Of a stretch of DNA of 64,000 bases, positions 55,733-64,000 are shown piece after piece. Origin of the DNA: Nitrosomonadales bacterium (GTDB lineage: Bacteria > Pseudomonadota > Gammaproteobacteria > Burkholderiales > Gallionellaceae). The position numbers and the translations under genes are program-made. Location: the NCBI GenBank assembly GCA_016235045.1, contig JACRME010000015.1, positions 3,296-67,295 of the forward strand. Reading direction: 5' to 3'. Below the pieces are notes generated by a model. That model was given only the letters and a program-made list of their open reading frames with translations, did not search any database and was not told where the DNA came from. Positions within the stretch are counted from its first letter, which is position 1; the number at the start of each line of letters is the position of its first letter.

Positions 55733-57151
55733 GTGATTAAAAAAATACTCGTCGCCAACCGAGGGGAGATAGCGGTTCGCATTGTGCGTGCGTGTTCCGA
55801 GATGGGGATCAAGTCGGTTGCGATTTATACCGATGCCGATCGCCATGCCTTGCACGTCAAAAAAGCGGACGAAGCTTACAACCTCGGGGCGGAGCCGGTT
55901 ACCGGCTATTTGAACGCGCATAATATCGTCAATATTGCCGTGATTTCGGGATGCGATGCCTTGCATCCCGGCTACGGCTTCCTGTCGGAAAACCCCGAAC
56001 TGGCCGAAATCTGCGCCCGTCGCGACATCAAGTTCATCGGCCCGAACGCGGACGTGATTCAGCAAATGGGCGACAAGATACAGGCGCGCAATGCCATGAT
56101 CGCCGCCGGTATTCCCTGCGTGCCGGGCAGCGACGGCAACCTGGCCGATGTCGAGGAAGCGCGCGTACTGGCGAAGAAAATCGGCTACCCCGTTATGCTC
56201 AAGGCCACCAATGGCGGCGGCGGACGCGGCATTCGCCGTTGCGACAATGAAAAAGACCTGCTCGGCAACTATGATCGGGTGATTTCGGAAGCCAGCAAGG
56301 CGTTCGGCAAACCCGAAGTGTTCCTGGAAAAATGCGTGGTCAATCCGCGCCACATCGAAGTGCAGGTGCTGGGCGACAGCCACGGCAACGCCATCCACCT
56401 GTTCGAGCGCGACTGTTCCATCCAGCGCCGCAACCAGAAGTTGATCGAGATCGCCCCCTCGCCGCAAATCACCCCGGAACAGCGCGAATACATCGGCAAT
56501 CTGGCCGTGAAGGCCTGCAAGGCCGTGGGGTACGAGAATGCGGGTACGGTCGAGTTCCTGCTAGATCAGGACAGCAACTTCTTTTTCATGGAAATGAACA
56601 CCCGTATCCAGGTCGAGCATACCGTGACGGAATCCATCACCGGTATCGACATCGTGCAGGAGCAGATACGCATCGCCGAAGGCCTGCCCTTGCAATACAA
56701 GCAGGAAGACGTGAGGTTTCGCGGCTACGCCATGGAGTTCCGCATCAATGCGGAAGATCCCAAGAACAGTTTCCTGCCCAGCTTCGGCCGGATCACCCGT
56801 TACTATGCGCCGGGCGGTCCCGGCGTGCGTATCGATGCCGCCATGTACAGCGGCTATGTCATCCCGCCGTATTTCGACTCGATGTGCGCCAAGCTCACCG
56901 TGTGGGCGCTGACCTGGGAAGGCGTCGTCGAGCGCGGCCGCCGGGCGCTCAGCGACATGGTGGTGTACGGCGTCAAAACCACCATCCCGTATTACCAGGA
57001 AATCCTGAAGCACCCCGATTTCAGGGGCGCGGATTTCAACACCGGTTTCGTGGAGTCCCACCCGGAGCTGATCGATTACGTCACCAAAATCCCGCCGGAG
57101 TTGCGGTCGGCAGCCATTGCGGCGGCCATCGCGGCGCACGAAGGCATTTAA
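55733..57151 (+). CDS. pycA: biotin carboxylase subunit (pyruvate carboxylase subunit A type)
   Basis: Probable GTG start at 55733 (VIKKILVANRGEIAVRIVRA). ATP-grasp motifs ...MLKATNGGGGRGIR..., ...EMNTRIQVEH.... Confidence 0.9.
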   Translation: MIKKILVANRGEIAVRIVRACSEMGIKSVAIYTDADRHALHVKKADEAYNLGAEPVTGYLNAHNIVNIAVISGCDALHPGYGFLSENPELAEICARRDIKFIGPNADVIQQMGDKIQARNAMIAAGIPCVPGSDGNLADVEEARVLAKKIGYPVMLKATNGGGGRGIRRCDNEKDLLGNYDRVISEASKAFGKPEVFLEKCVVNPRHIEVQVLGDSHGNAIHLFERDCSIQRRNQKLIEIAPSPQITPEQREYIGNLAVKACKAVGYENAGTVEFLLDQDSNFFFMEMNTRIQVEHTVTESITGIDIVQEQIRIAEGLPLQYKQEDVRFRGYAMEFRINAEDPKNSFLPSFGRITRYYAPGGPGVRIDAAMYSGYVIPPYFDSMCAKLTVWALTWEGVVERGRRALSDMVVYGVKTTIPYYQEILKHPDFRGADFNTGFVESHPELIDYVTKIPPELRSAAIAAAIAAHEGI

Positions 57152-57324
57152 TGGGTACCTCCAAAAATCCAGATTTCATCCCAACTGCTGCGTTGCGGAA
57201 AAAATTTCTTGCTTACATATTTCACATATGCGGCGCTGCGAAATTTTTCCCGCGCCTTGCATTTGGGCGAACTCTGAATTTTTTGAGGCACCCACCTTTT
57301 CAACCTTACTTTTAAGTTAACACC

Positions 57325-59166
57325 ATGGCAAAAACCCTTATTTCCGAGTTAGTCCTGCGCGACGGCCATCAATCCACGATCGCAACGCGCATGCGTACCG
57401 ACGACATGCTGCCCATGTGCGCCAAGCTGGACAGTATCGGGTTCTGGTCGCTGGAAGCCTGGGGCGGCGCCACGTTCGACTCCTGCGTCCGTTTCCTGAA
57501 GGAAGATCCTTGGGAGCGCCTGAAGCGCTTGCGCAAGGCATTGCCCAACAGCCGCATCCAGATGCTGCTGCGCGGGCAGAACCTGCTCGGCTATCGCCAC
57601 TATTCCGACGACGTGGTGCGCGAGTTCGTCAAGAAATCCGCCAGCAACGGCATCGACGTGTTCCGTATCTTTGACGCGATGAACGACATGCGCAACCTGC
57701 GCGTTTCCATCGAGGCGGTGAAGAAGGCGGGCAAGCATGCCGAAGGCTGCATCAGCTACACCACCAGCCCGGTGCACGACATTCCCCAATTCGTGCTGCT
57801 GGCAGCGGAACTGGAAGCCCTGGGCTGCGACACCATCTGCATCAAGGACATGGCCGGCCTGCTTACTCCCTACGCCACCTTCGAACTGGTCAAGGCTTTG
57901 CGCGCTGCCATCAGCGTGCCCATCCACCTGCACAGCCATTCCACTTCCGGCTTGTCCGGCATGTGCTTCCTCAAGGCGGTGGAAGCGGGCGCCACCATAC
58001 TGGATACCTGCAATTCCTCTTTCGGCGAAGGCGCCAGCCATTCCTCGACCGAGAGCATCGTCGCCGCGTTGCAGGGCACGCCTTACGACACCGGACTCGA
58101 CCTGGCCGCGATACAGGAAGTCACCGCCTATTTCACCGAGGTGCGCAAGAAATACTGGCAATTCGAAAGCGAGTTCACCGGCGTGGACACGCGCGTGCTG
58201 GTCAACCATGTTCCCGGCGGGATGATCTCCAACCTGTCCAACCAGCTCAAGGAACTGGATGCGCTCAACCGCATGGATGAAGTGCTGGCCGAAATCCCGC
58301 GCGTGCGCGAAGACATGGGCTATCCACCGCTGGTCACGCCGACCTCGCAGATCGTCGGCACCCAGGCGGTGCTGAATGTGCTGACCGGAGTGCGCTACAA
58401 GTCCGTCACCAACGAAGTCAAAAACTACCTGCTCGGACACTACGGCAAGGCGCCGGGCACCATCAACGAAAAAGTCAGAAAAATGGCCGTCGGCGATGAG
58501 GAAGTGACGACCTGCCGTCCGGCCGATTTGCTGGAAGACGAAATGAACCGGCTCAAGGCCGACAGCGAAACCTTCGCGCAAAGCGAGGAAGATGTTCTCA
58601 CCTACGCCATGTTCCCGGACATCGGCAAAACCTTCCTGCAGGAGCGCAACGCCAAGACCCTCAGGCCCGAACCGCTGCTGCCCAAGGAAGCGGCCACCAC
58701 TTCCACCGAGCGTTATGCGCCGAACGAGTTCAAGGTTACGCTGCACGGCGAGACCTTCCACATCAAGCTCACCGGCAGCGGCCACCACGGCGAAGCCCAG
58801 CGTCCGTTCTACGTTTCCGTGGACGGCATCTCGGAAGAAGTCATCGTCGAAACCCTGAGCGAGATCGAAGTGTCCGGCGGCAGCGGCGGCAAGAAAAAAG
58901 CCGTGGAAAAAGCCGCAACTTCCAGCCGCCCGCGCCCCTCGCACCAGGGCTGCGTAGCGACCGCCATGCCCGGCACCATCGTCGAAGTCAAAACCAAGGT
59001 CGGGGACACCGTGGAAGCGGGTGACGGGCTGCTCGTGATCGAAGCCATGAAGATGGAAAACGAAATCCAGGCGCCGGTGAGCGGCGTCGTCATCAGCGTG
59101 CATGTCAAGAAGGGCGACAGCGTGGCACCGGACGAGACGCTGGTGGAGATTCAGTGCACTGAGTAA
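57325..59166 (+). CDS. pycB: pyruvate carboxylase subunit B / oxaloacetate-decarboxylase-alpha-like carboxyltransferase with biotinyl domain
   Basis: LRDGHQS..., ...IKDMAGLL..., and the C-terminal biotin attachment motif EAMKMENEI. Confidence 0.9.
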   Translation: MAKTLISELVLRDGHQSTIATRMRTDDMLPMCAKLDSIGFWSLEAWGGATFDSCVRFLKEDPWERLKRLRKALPNSRIQMLLRGQNLLGYRHYSDDVVREFVKKSASNGIDVFRIFDAMNDMRNLRVSIEAVKKAGKHAEGCISYTTSPVHDIPQFVLLAAELEALGCDTICIKDMAGLLTPYATFELVKALRAAISVPIHLHSHSTSGLSGMCFLKAVEAGATILDTCNSSFGEGASHSSTESIVAALQGTPYDTGLDLAAIQEVTAYFTEVRKKYWQFESEFTGVDTRVLVNHVPGGMISNLSNQLKELDALNRMDEVLAEIPRVREDMGYPPLVTPTSQIVGTQAVLNVLTGVRYKSVTNEVKNYLLGHYGKAPGTINEKVRKMAVGDEEVTTCRPADLLEDEMNRLKADSETFAQSEEDVLTYAMFPDIGKTFLQERNAKTLRPEPLLPKEAATTSTERYAPNEFKVTLHGETFHIKLTGSGHHGEAQRPFYVSVDGISEEVIVETLSEIEVSGGSGGKKKAVEKAATSSRPRPSHQGCVATAMPGTIVEVKTKVGDTVEAGDGLLVIEAMKMENEIQAPVSGVVISVHVKKGDSVAPDETLVEIQCTE

Positions 59167-59191
59167 AACCGGAAAGGAAGTATCAAACAAA

Positions 59192-59224
59192 GAGGGGTGC
59201 GGTCACGCACCCCTTTTTGTTTTG
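59192..59224 (+). terminator. rho-independent terminator after pycB
   Basis: AGGGGTGCG-gtca-CGCACCCCT followed by TTTTGTTTT. Confidence 0.8.
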
Positions 59225-59251
59225 GTGTTTGGACGACAAGCGTTCAAACTG

Positions 59252-60256
59252 CTACAACGAACCCAATTGAAGTTTTTCCCATAAAAACGGCTTTAAAGTT
59301 GACCACCAGGGGCCGCCGAGGCTGAGATCAACGACGTGCGTCATGTCGGCTTGCGCAATCAATGTGCAGGTGTTTCCGGAAGCGTTGATGCGATCCCTGG
59401 TAGGGATGGCGTTACCGATCCAAGTGGCGCCGGTCACGCTATCGGTTGGATTGGCATGGAACAGCATAACCGGGCTGTCGCTTGCTTGAAAGTTCAGATA
59501 TGGATCCAAATTGGCGTAGGCGTCGATTGTGGTCGCCCCTGTTGCGATTGAGGCGGCCACTTTGGACGAGACGGCTGGGAAATCAGACGTTGTATTTTGC
59601 AGACTGTCATATTCGATGGCGTTGATCAATGAGATGCCGCCACCCGCGGAACTGCCTATGGTTGCGATTCGATTCGTGTCGATATGATAAAGAGCAGCAT
59701 TGGCTTTCAAGTAGCGAATCGCATTCATGGCGTCTTCGCTGGCTTGGATGAAAGCCGCGAGTCTGGCGGTGGAACTGACCGTGTTGTCTGGAGTGAGGCG
59801 GTAATTGATGCTGGCTGCGACATATCCGGCCCTGGCATACGAGAGTGCATCGAATCGAGTATTCTCCTTGCCGCCAGCGCTGAAGCCGCCACCATGGATC
59901 AAGACGATCAGCGGTTGCGGGTGTGTGGAAGTGGCGTTGGGTGGAACCGCGATGTCGAGTCTGAGGTCGAGTGTGGTTCCGTTCAGCTCAGTCGCCTTGG
60001 TGACATCGGAGGTGTACTGTGCTCCTCCGGCATTCGGACGGGACGAATAAATGATATCGGTGTACGCGGTCAACTGGCTATCGCTGTACTGGGTGCTGAT
60101 ATAAAGGCCGACTTCTGCATCAGTCTGGCTGCCGGTGCTGCCACCGCATGCACACAATATCAGCCCGAGACCCGCACATATCCATCGAGCGTATTTTGAA
60201 ATAATCACGGACGACGGCAGGAGGCGGGCGAAAGCTTCGGCAATGCCCGCCTCCAT
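59252..60256 (-). CDS. alpha/beta-hydrolase (carboxylesterase-like) lipoprotein
   Basis: ORF 59252..60850 trimmed to ATG 60256, because the upstream part is antisense read-through into ppdK. Lipobox LILCACGG, oxyanion HGGGF and nucleophile elbow GSSAGG. Confidence 0.75.
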   Translation of the reverse strand: MEAGIAEAFARLLPSSVIISKYARWICAGLGLILCACGGSTGSQTDAEVGLYISTQYSDSQLTAYTDIIYSSRPNAGGAQYTSDVTKATELNGTTLDLRLDIAVPPNATSTHPQPLIVLIHGGGFSAGGKENTRFDALSYARAGYVAASINYRLTPDNTVSSTARLAAFIQASEDAMNAIRYLKANAALYHIDTNRIATIGSSAGGGISLINAIEYDSLQNTTSDFPAVSSKVAASIATGATTIDAYANLDPYLNFQASDSPVMLFHANPTDSVTGATWIGNAIPTRDRINASGNTCTLIAQADMTHVVDLSLGGPWWSTLKPFLWEKLQLGSL

Positions 60257-60276
60257 TTTGTTGTCTTCCGGAGTAC

Positions 60277-63072
60277 TCAGTTCGGTTCCTGATACTTGTC
60301 TTCCGTCAACTTGGCCTGTGCCGCCGCCAGGCGTGCGATGGGCACGCGCGGGCCGGAGCAGGAGACGTAGTTGAGGCCGATGTGGTGGCAGAAGCGGATG
60401 GAGCCGGGGTGGCCGCCGTGTTCGCCGCAGATGCCGACTTTCAGGTCCGGGTTGGTTGCGCGTCCCTTGCCTACCGCCATCTTCATCAGTTGACCCACGC
60501 CCTTGATGTCCAGCACTTCGAACGGGTTGTCTTCCAGGATGCCGGTTTCGTTGTAGGCGGGCAGGAACTTGTTCTCCGCATCCTCGCGGCTGAAGGAGAA
60601 GGTGGCCTGGGTCAGGTCGTTGGTGCCGAACGAGAAGAACTGCGCGGTCTCCGCCATGCGTCCGGCGCGCATGCAGGCGCGCACCACCTCCAGCATGGAG
60701 CCGAACTTGAATTGCACGTCGATGCCGTGGGTGGCGTTCACTTCGGCATGGATGCGCTGCACATAGCTGTGGATGCGCTTGAGTTCTTCCACCGTCGCCA
60801 CTTGCGGCACCATGATCTCGGGGTAGATCTCGATTCCTTCCTTGGCACACAGCGCAGCGGCTTCGAGCACGGCGCGGATCTGCATGGAATAGATTTCGGG
60901 ATAGGTGATGCCCAGACGCACGCCGCGGTGACCCAGCATCGGGTTGACTTCGGACAGTGCGCGCACCTTCTTCAGCACGACTTCCTTCTTGTGGATCACG
61001 TCGTCTTCCAGGTGCGATTCCTTGAAGTCGCCCAGTCCGCCCATGAGTTTGGTCAGGCCGTCGGCATATTGCTGGTACAGCTTGGGGTTGAGCATCTTGA
61101 GCGTATCCGGCAACTCTTCCAGACCCTTGATGGTGTCGCTCAACTGGTGCAGGTGGGCGATTTCCAGTTCGAGTTGTGCGGCGGTGGGCAGGAACTCGTG
61201 CATCGGCGGGTCGAGCAGGCGCACGGTGACGGGCAGGCCCTTCATCGCCTTGAAGATGCCCTTGAAGTCGGCGCGCTGTATCGGCAACAGGCGATCCAGC
61301 GCGGATTGGCGTTCTTCCACCGTCTCGGCCAGGATCATTTCCTGCACGATGGGCAGGCGGTCAGTGCTGTTGAACATGCGCTCGGTGCGGCACAGGCCGA
61401 TGCCCATGGCGCCGAACTCGCGCGCGCGCAGGGCGTCGTTGGGAGTGTCGGCATTCGCCATCACCTTGAGGCGGGAAACTTCATCCGCCCAGGACAACAG
61501 CGTGACCAGTTCTTCGGAGAATTCCGGCTCCACCGTCGGCACCTCGCCCGCATACACATGGCCGGTGCCGCCGTCGATGGTGACGACGTCGCCTTCATGC
61601 AAAGTGGTGTCGCCGATCTGTGCGCTGCGCAGCACGTCGTTGATGACGATCGCTTCGCAGCCGGAGACGCAGGGCTTGCCCATGCCGCGCGCCACCACGG
61701 CGGCGTGCGAGGTCTTGCCGCCGCGGCTGGTCAGGATGCCCTGTGCCTGGAAGAAGCCGTGGATGTCCTCGGGCTTGGTCTCTTCACGCACCAGGATGAT
61801 CTTCTCGCCGGCGCGACCGCGCGCTTCGGCGGTGTCGGCATCGAACACGATCTTGCCGGAGGCGGCGCCGGGCGAAGCCGGCAGTCCCTGTGCCAGCGAT
61901 TTGCCGTGGAAGTTCGGCGCCAGTTGCGGCACCAGCAGTTGTTCCAGGATCGCCGGTTCGACGCGCAGCAGCGCGCGTTCCTTGGTGATCAGCCCTTCGT
62001 TGAACATCTCCACCGAGGTGCGCACCATGCCGCGCGCGTTCATCTTGCCGTTGCGCGTCTGCAGGCAATACAGGATGCCCTTCTCGATGGTGAACTCGAA
62101 ATCCTGCACCTCGTGGTAATGCGATTCCAGCCGGTTGTGCAGCGTCATCAACTGGCGGTAGATTTCCGGCATTTCCTTTTCCATCTCGGCGATGGCTTTG
62201 GGGGTGCGGATGCCCGCCACCACGTCCTCGCCCTGCGCGTTGACCAGGTATTCGCCATAGATCAGGTTCTCGCCGGTGCCGGGGTTGCGGGTGAAGCCCA
62301 CGCCGGTGCCGGAGTCGTTGCCCATGTTGCCGAACACCATGGTGCAGATATTGACTGCGGTGCCGCTGGCCTGGTCCTTGGTGATCTTGAATTGCCGGCG
62401 GTAATCCACCGCGCGCTTGCCCATCCAGGAACGGAACACCGCGCCCACCGCGATTTCCAGTTGTTCGTAGGGATCCTGCGGGAACGGCTTGCCGCTGTGG
62501 TTCTGCACGATCGCCAGGAATTCTTCTGCCAGCTCCCTGAGGTGCTCGGTCTTGAGGTCGACGTCCTGCGGCGCGCCGTACTTGCGCTTGATCGCGGCCA
62601 TGTGTTCGTCGAAATGTTCGTCGCTGATGTTGAGCGCGATTTTGCCGAATAGCTGGATGAAGCGGCGATAAGCGTCATAGGCGAAACGCTCGTTGGAAGT
62701 CTGCTTGATCAGTCCCTTCAGCGAAGTCTCGTTGAGGCCGAGGTTGAGGATGGTGTCCATCATGCCCGGCATGGACATGGACGAGCCGGAACGCACCGAG
62801 ACCAGCAGCGGATTGCTGCTGCTGCCGAAGCCTTTGCCGGTCTTCTTCTCCAGCGCCTTCATGTGATCCTTGATCGAATCCATCAAGCCGGCGGGCAGTT
62901 GGTTCTTTTCCAGATAAGCGTTGCAAGCATCAGTGGTGATGGTAAAACCCGGGGGGACATTCAGGCCGATCTGCGTCATTTCGCACAGGTTCGCGCCCTT
63001 GCCGCCCAACAGCATCTTGTCCTTGCCGTCACCCTTTTCGAATTCATAGATGTATTGCTTGCCGCTGACCAT
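60277..63072 (-). CDS. ppdK: pyruvate, phosphate dikinase
   Basis: 931 aa. GGKGANLCEM...VPPGFTITT..., phospho-His region TSRGGKTSHAAVVARGMG, and C-terminal PEP-utilising TIM barrel ...FFSFGTNDLTQ... Confidence 0.93.
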   Translation of the reverse strand: MVSGKQYIYEFEKGDGKDKMLLGGKGANLCEMTQIGLNVPPGFTITTDACNAYLEKNQLPAGLMDSIKDHMKALEKKTGKGFGSSSNPLLVSVRSGSSMSMPGMMDTILNLGLNETSLKGLIKQTSNERFAYDAYRRFIQLFGKIALNISDEHFDEHMAAIKRKYGAPQDVDLKTEHLRELAEEFLAIVQNHSGKPFPQDPYEQLEIAVGAVFRSWMGKRAVDYRRQFKITKDQASGTAVNICTMVFGNMGNDSGTGVGFTRNPGTGENLIYGEYLVNAQGEDVVAGIRTPKAIAEMEKEMPEIYRQLMTLHNRLESHYHEVQDFEFTIEKGILYCLQTRNGKMNARGMVRTSVEMFNEGLITKERALLRVEPAILEQLLVPQLAPNFHGKSLAQGLPASPGAASGKIVFDADTAEARGRAGEKIILVREETKPEDIHGFFQAQGILTSRGGKTSHAAVVARGMGKPCVSGCEAIVINDVLRSAQIGDTTLHEGDVVTIDGGTGHVYAGEVPTVEPEFSEELVTLLSWADEVSRLKVMANADTPNDALRAREFGAMGIGLCRTERMFNSTDRLPIVQEMILAETVEERQSALDRLLPIQRADFKGIFKAMKGLPVTVRLLDPPMHEFLPTAAQLELEIAHLHQLSDTIKGLEELPDTLKMLNPKLYQQYADGLTKLMGGLGDFKESHLEDDVIHKKEVVLKKVRALSEVNPMLGHRGVRLGITYPEIYSMQIRAVLEAAALCAKEGIEIYPEIMVPQVATVEELKRIHSYVQRIHAEVNATHGIDVQFKFGSMLEVVRACMRAGRMAETAQFFSFGTNDLTQATFSFSREDAENKFLPAYNETGILEDNPFEVLDIKGVGQLMKMAVGKGRATNPDLKVGICGEHGGHPGSIRFCHHIGLNYVSCSGPRVPIARLAAAQAKLTEDKYQEPN

Positions 63073-63474
63073 TGTGCTTCTCCCTTACTTAGGTTGCTGA
63101 ATAGAAACTACAGAACTTCGTTTGAATAACTTATGTCGATCTGCATTCCGGGTGGGGGCCACTTTACCCAGAAATACCCCTTTATTCTTGATCCATCTCA
63201 ATGGAGGGGCTCCATTGTGCCATCAAGTGCAGTATTTAGACGAGTAGACGAAAGTCGGTGCTTCTGCCGCGGGTCGGGCGAAATTGTTGCCGACAGCCCG
63301 GTATTTGGCCTGCCGCGGACGCGCCCGGCCCGCCGCCAGGCCATGAAAATGGCGGCGTTGCCGGTATGGCAGCAAGAACGGGCCCCCAAACGGAGAATTG
63401 CCTTCGTTGGCTGCTGCCTTATTCCGGCAGAACCACTACAATTCGGCAGTTTTGAAATTTCGCCAAGGATGCGC

Positions 63475-64000
63475 ATGAGATTCCAATTGTTTCTGGCATT
63501 GTCGCTGTCTTGCGTTTGTGCCGCGGCGGCGGCGGCCGAAGAAAAGGTTCAACTTCCCGCCCCCTCGTCTTCAGCGCAACGCCTTTATTCGCATGCCAAG
63601 GCCGACATCGTGCAATTGCGTTCCCTGCTCAGGAACGGGCGCACCCAGTCGTCCGTCGGGTCGGGATTCCTGATCGGAACCGGCAACCTGGCGGTGACCA
63701 ATTACCACGTCATGTCGCAGATTGCGCTGGATCCGGACACCTATGTCGGCGAGTATGTCGATACCAACGGCAAGCGCGGGGAAGTGAAGCTGCTGGCTGT
63801 CGACGTGCTGCACGATCTGGCGGTGGTGAGCATCGATCGCAAGGGTGGCGGCTTTTTCAACGTGCCGGACCAGTTGCCGCAACTGGTGCAAGGACAATAC
63901 CTGTACTCGCTGGGCAATCCGCTCGATCTGGGATTTGCCATCTCCGAAGGCGCCTACAACGGCATCGTCAACCGCAGTTTCTACGATCAACTGATGTTTA
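63475..64000 (+). CDS. trypsin-like (S1C/DegP-type) serine protease, N-terminal part (runs off window)
   Basis: Not in the ORF track (no stop). MRFQLFLALSLSCVCAAAAAA signal, then ...GSGFLIGTGNLAVTNYHV...HDLAVVSI...LYSLGNPLDLG.... Confidence 0.65.
   Translation, partial: MRFQLFLALSLSCVCAAAAAAEEKVQLPAPSSSAQRLYSHAKADIVQLRSLLRNGRTQSSVGSGFLIGTGNLAVTNYHVMSQIALDPDTYVGEYVDTNGKRGEVKLLAVDVLHDLAVVSIDRKGGGFFNVPDQLPQLVQGQYLYSLGNPLDLGFAISEGAYNGIVNRSFYDQLMF

Noticed and set aside
60257-60850. N-terminal 198 codons of ORF 59252..60850
   Set aside because: This part overlaps ppdK on the opposite strand and is Arg/Pro/Gly-rich. The hydrolase has a plausible ATG at 60256, followed by a lipoprotein signal, so the ORF was trimmed.
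57349-62652. Long ORFs 57349..59190 (-) and 60382..62652 (+)
   Set aside because: They are antisense to pycB and ppdK respectively. No motifs, and His/Arg/Ala/Gly-rich.

Overview
High-GC (roughly 60% by eye) proteobacterial chromosome segment dominated by a Mo-nitrogenase (nif) region. The gene content and the REP repeats look betaproteobacterial, but that is inference only.

Core content:
- nifLA (nifA runs off the left edge), divergent from a NifA-UAS/sigma-54-driven rnfABCDGEH operon.
- draT, divergent from nifHDKT, a ferredoxin and a nafY-like gene.
- modABC.
- An LRV Fe-S protein operon with its own NifA UAS and sigma-54 promoter.
- nifENX with the usual accessory genes: RseC-like, DUF269, DUF683, FdxB-type ferredoxin and a 2Fe-2S ferredoxin.
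- Non-nif blocks wedged between these: a Tat-exported Psr/Phs-like molybdopterin oxidoreductase operon; a tightly coupled 7-gene ABC/thiol-redox/NosL-like operon; two-subunit pyruvate carboxylase; and PPDK.

Most unusual region: about 13.85-21.4 kb, immediately downstream of draT. It contains a visibly AT-rich island (about 40% GC in places) with no mobility genes. On one strand the island encodes a TcmP-like protein, a DUF5131 (Gp37/Gp68 three-Cys) protein, and a 780-aa fusion of a Ser/Thr-kinase-like domain to a SAMHD1-like HD dNTPase domain. A stand-alone TIR-domain protein sits where draG is usually found. I consider this the best candidate for an uncharacterised (defence-like) system.

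Repeats: the window is saturated with at least five REP/MITE families, many inside operons. One lies in frame inside nifN and another inside the draT ORF. A 60-nt hairpin element is nested at an identical point inside REP palindromes, and an intact empty-site REP occurs in the same window.

All protein-family calls rest on motif recognition in the supplied translations. No database search was run.
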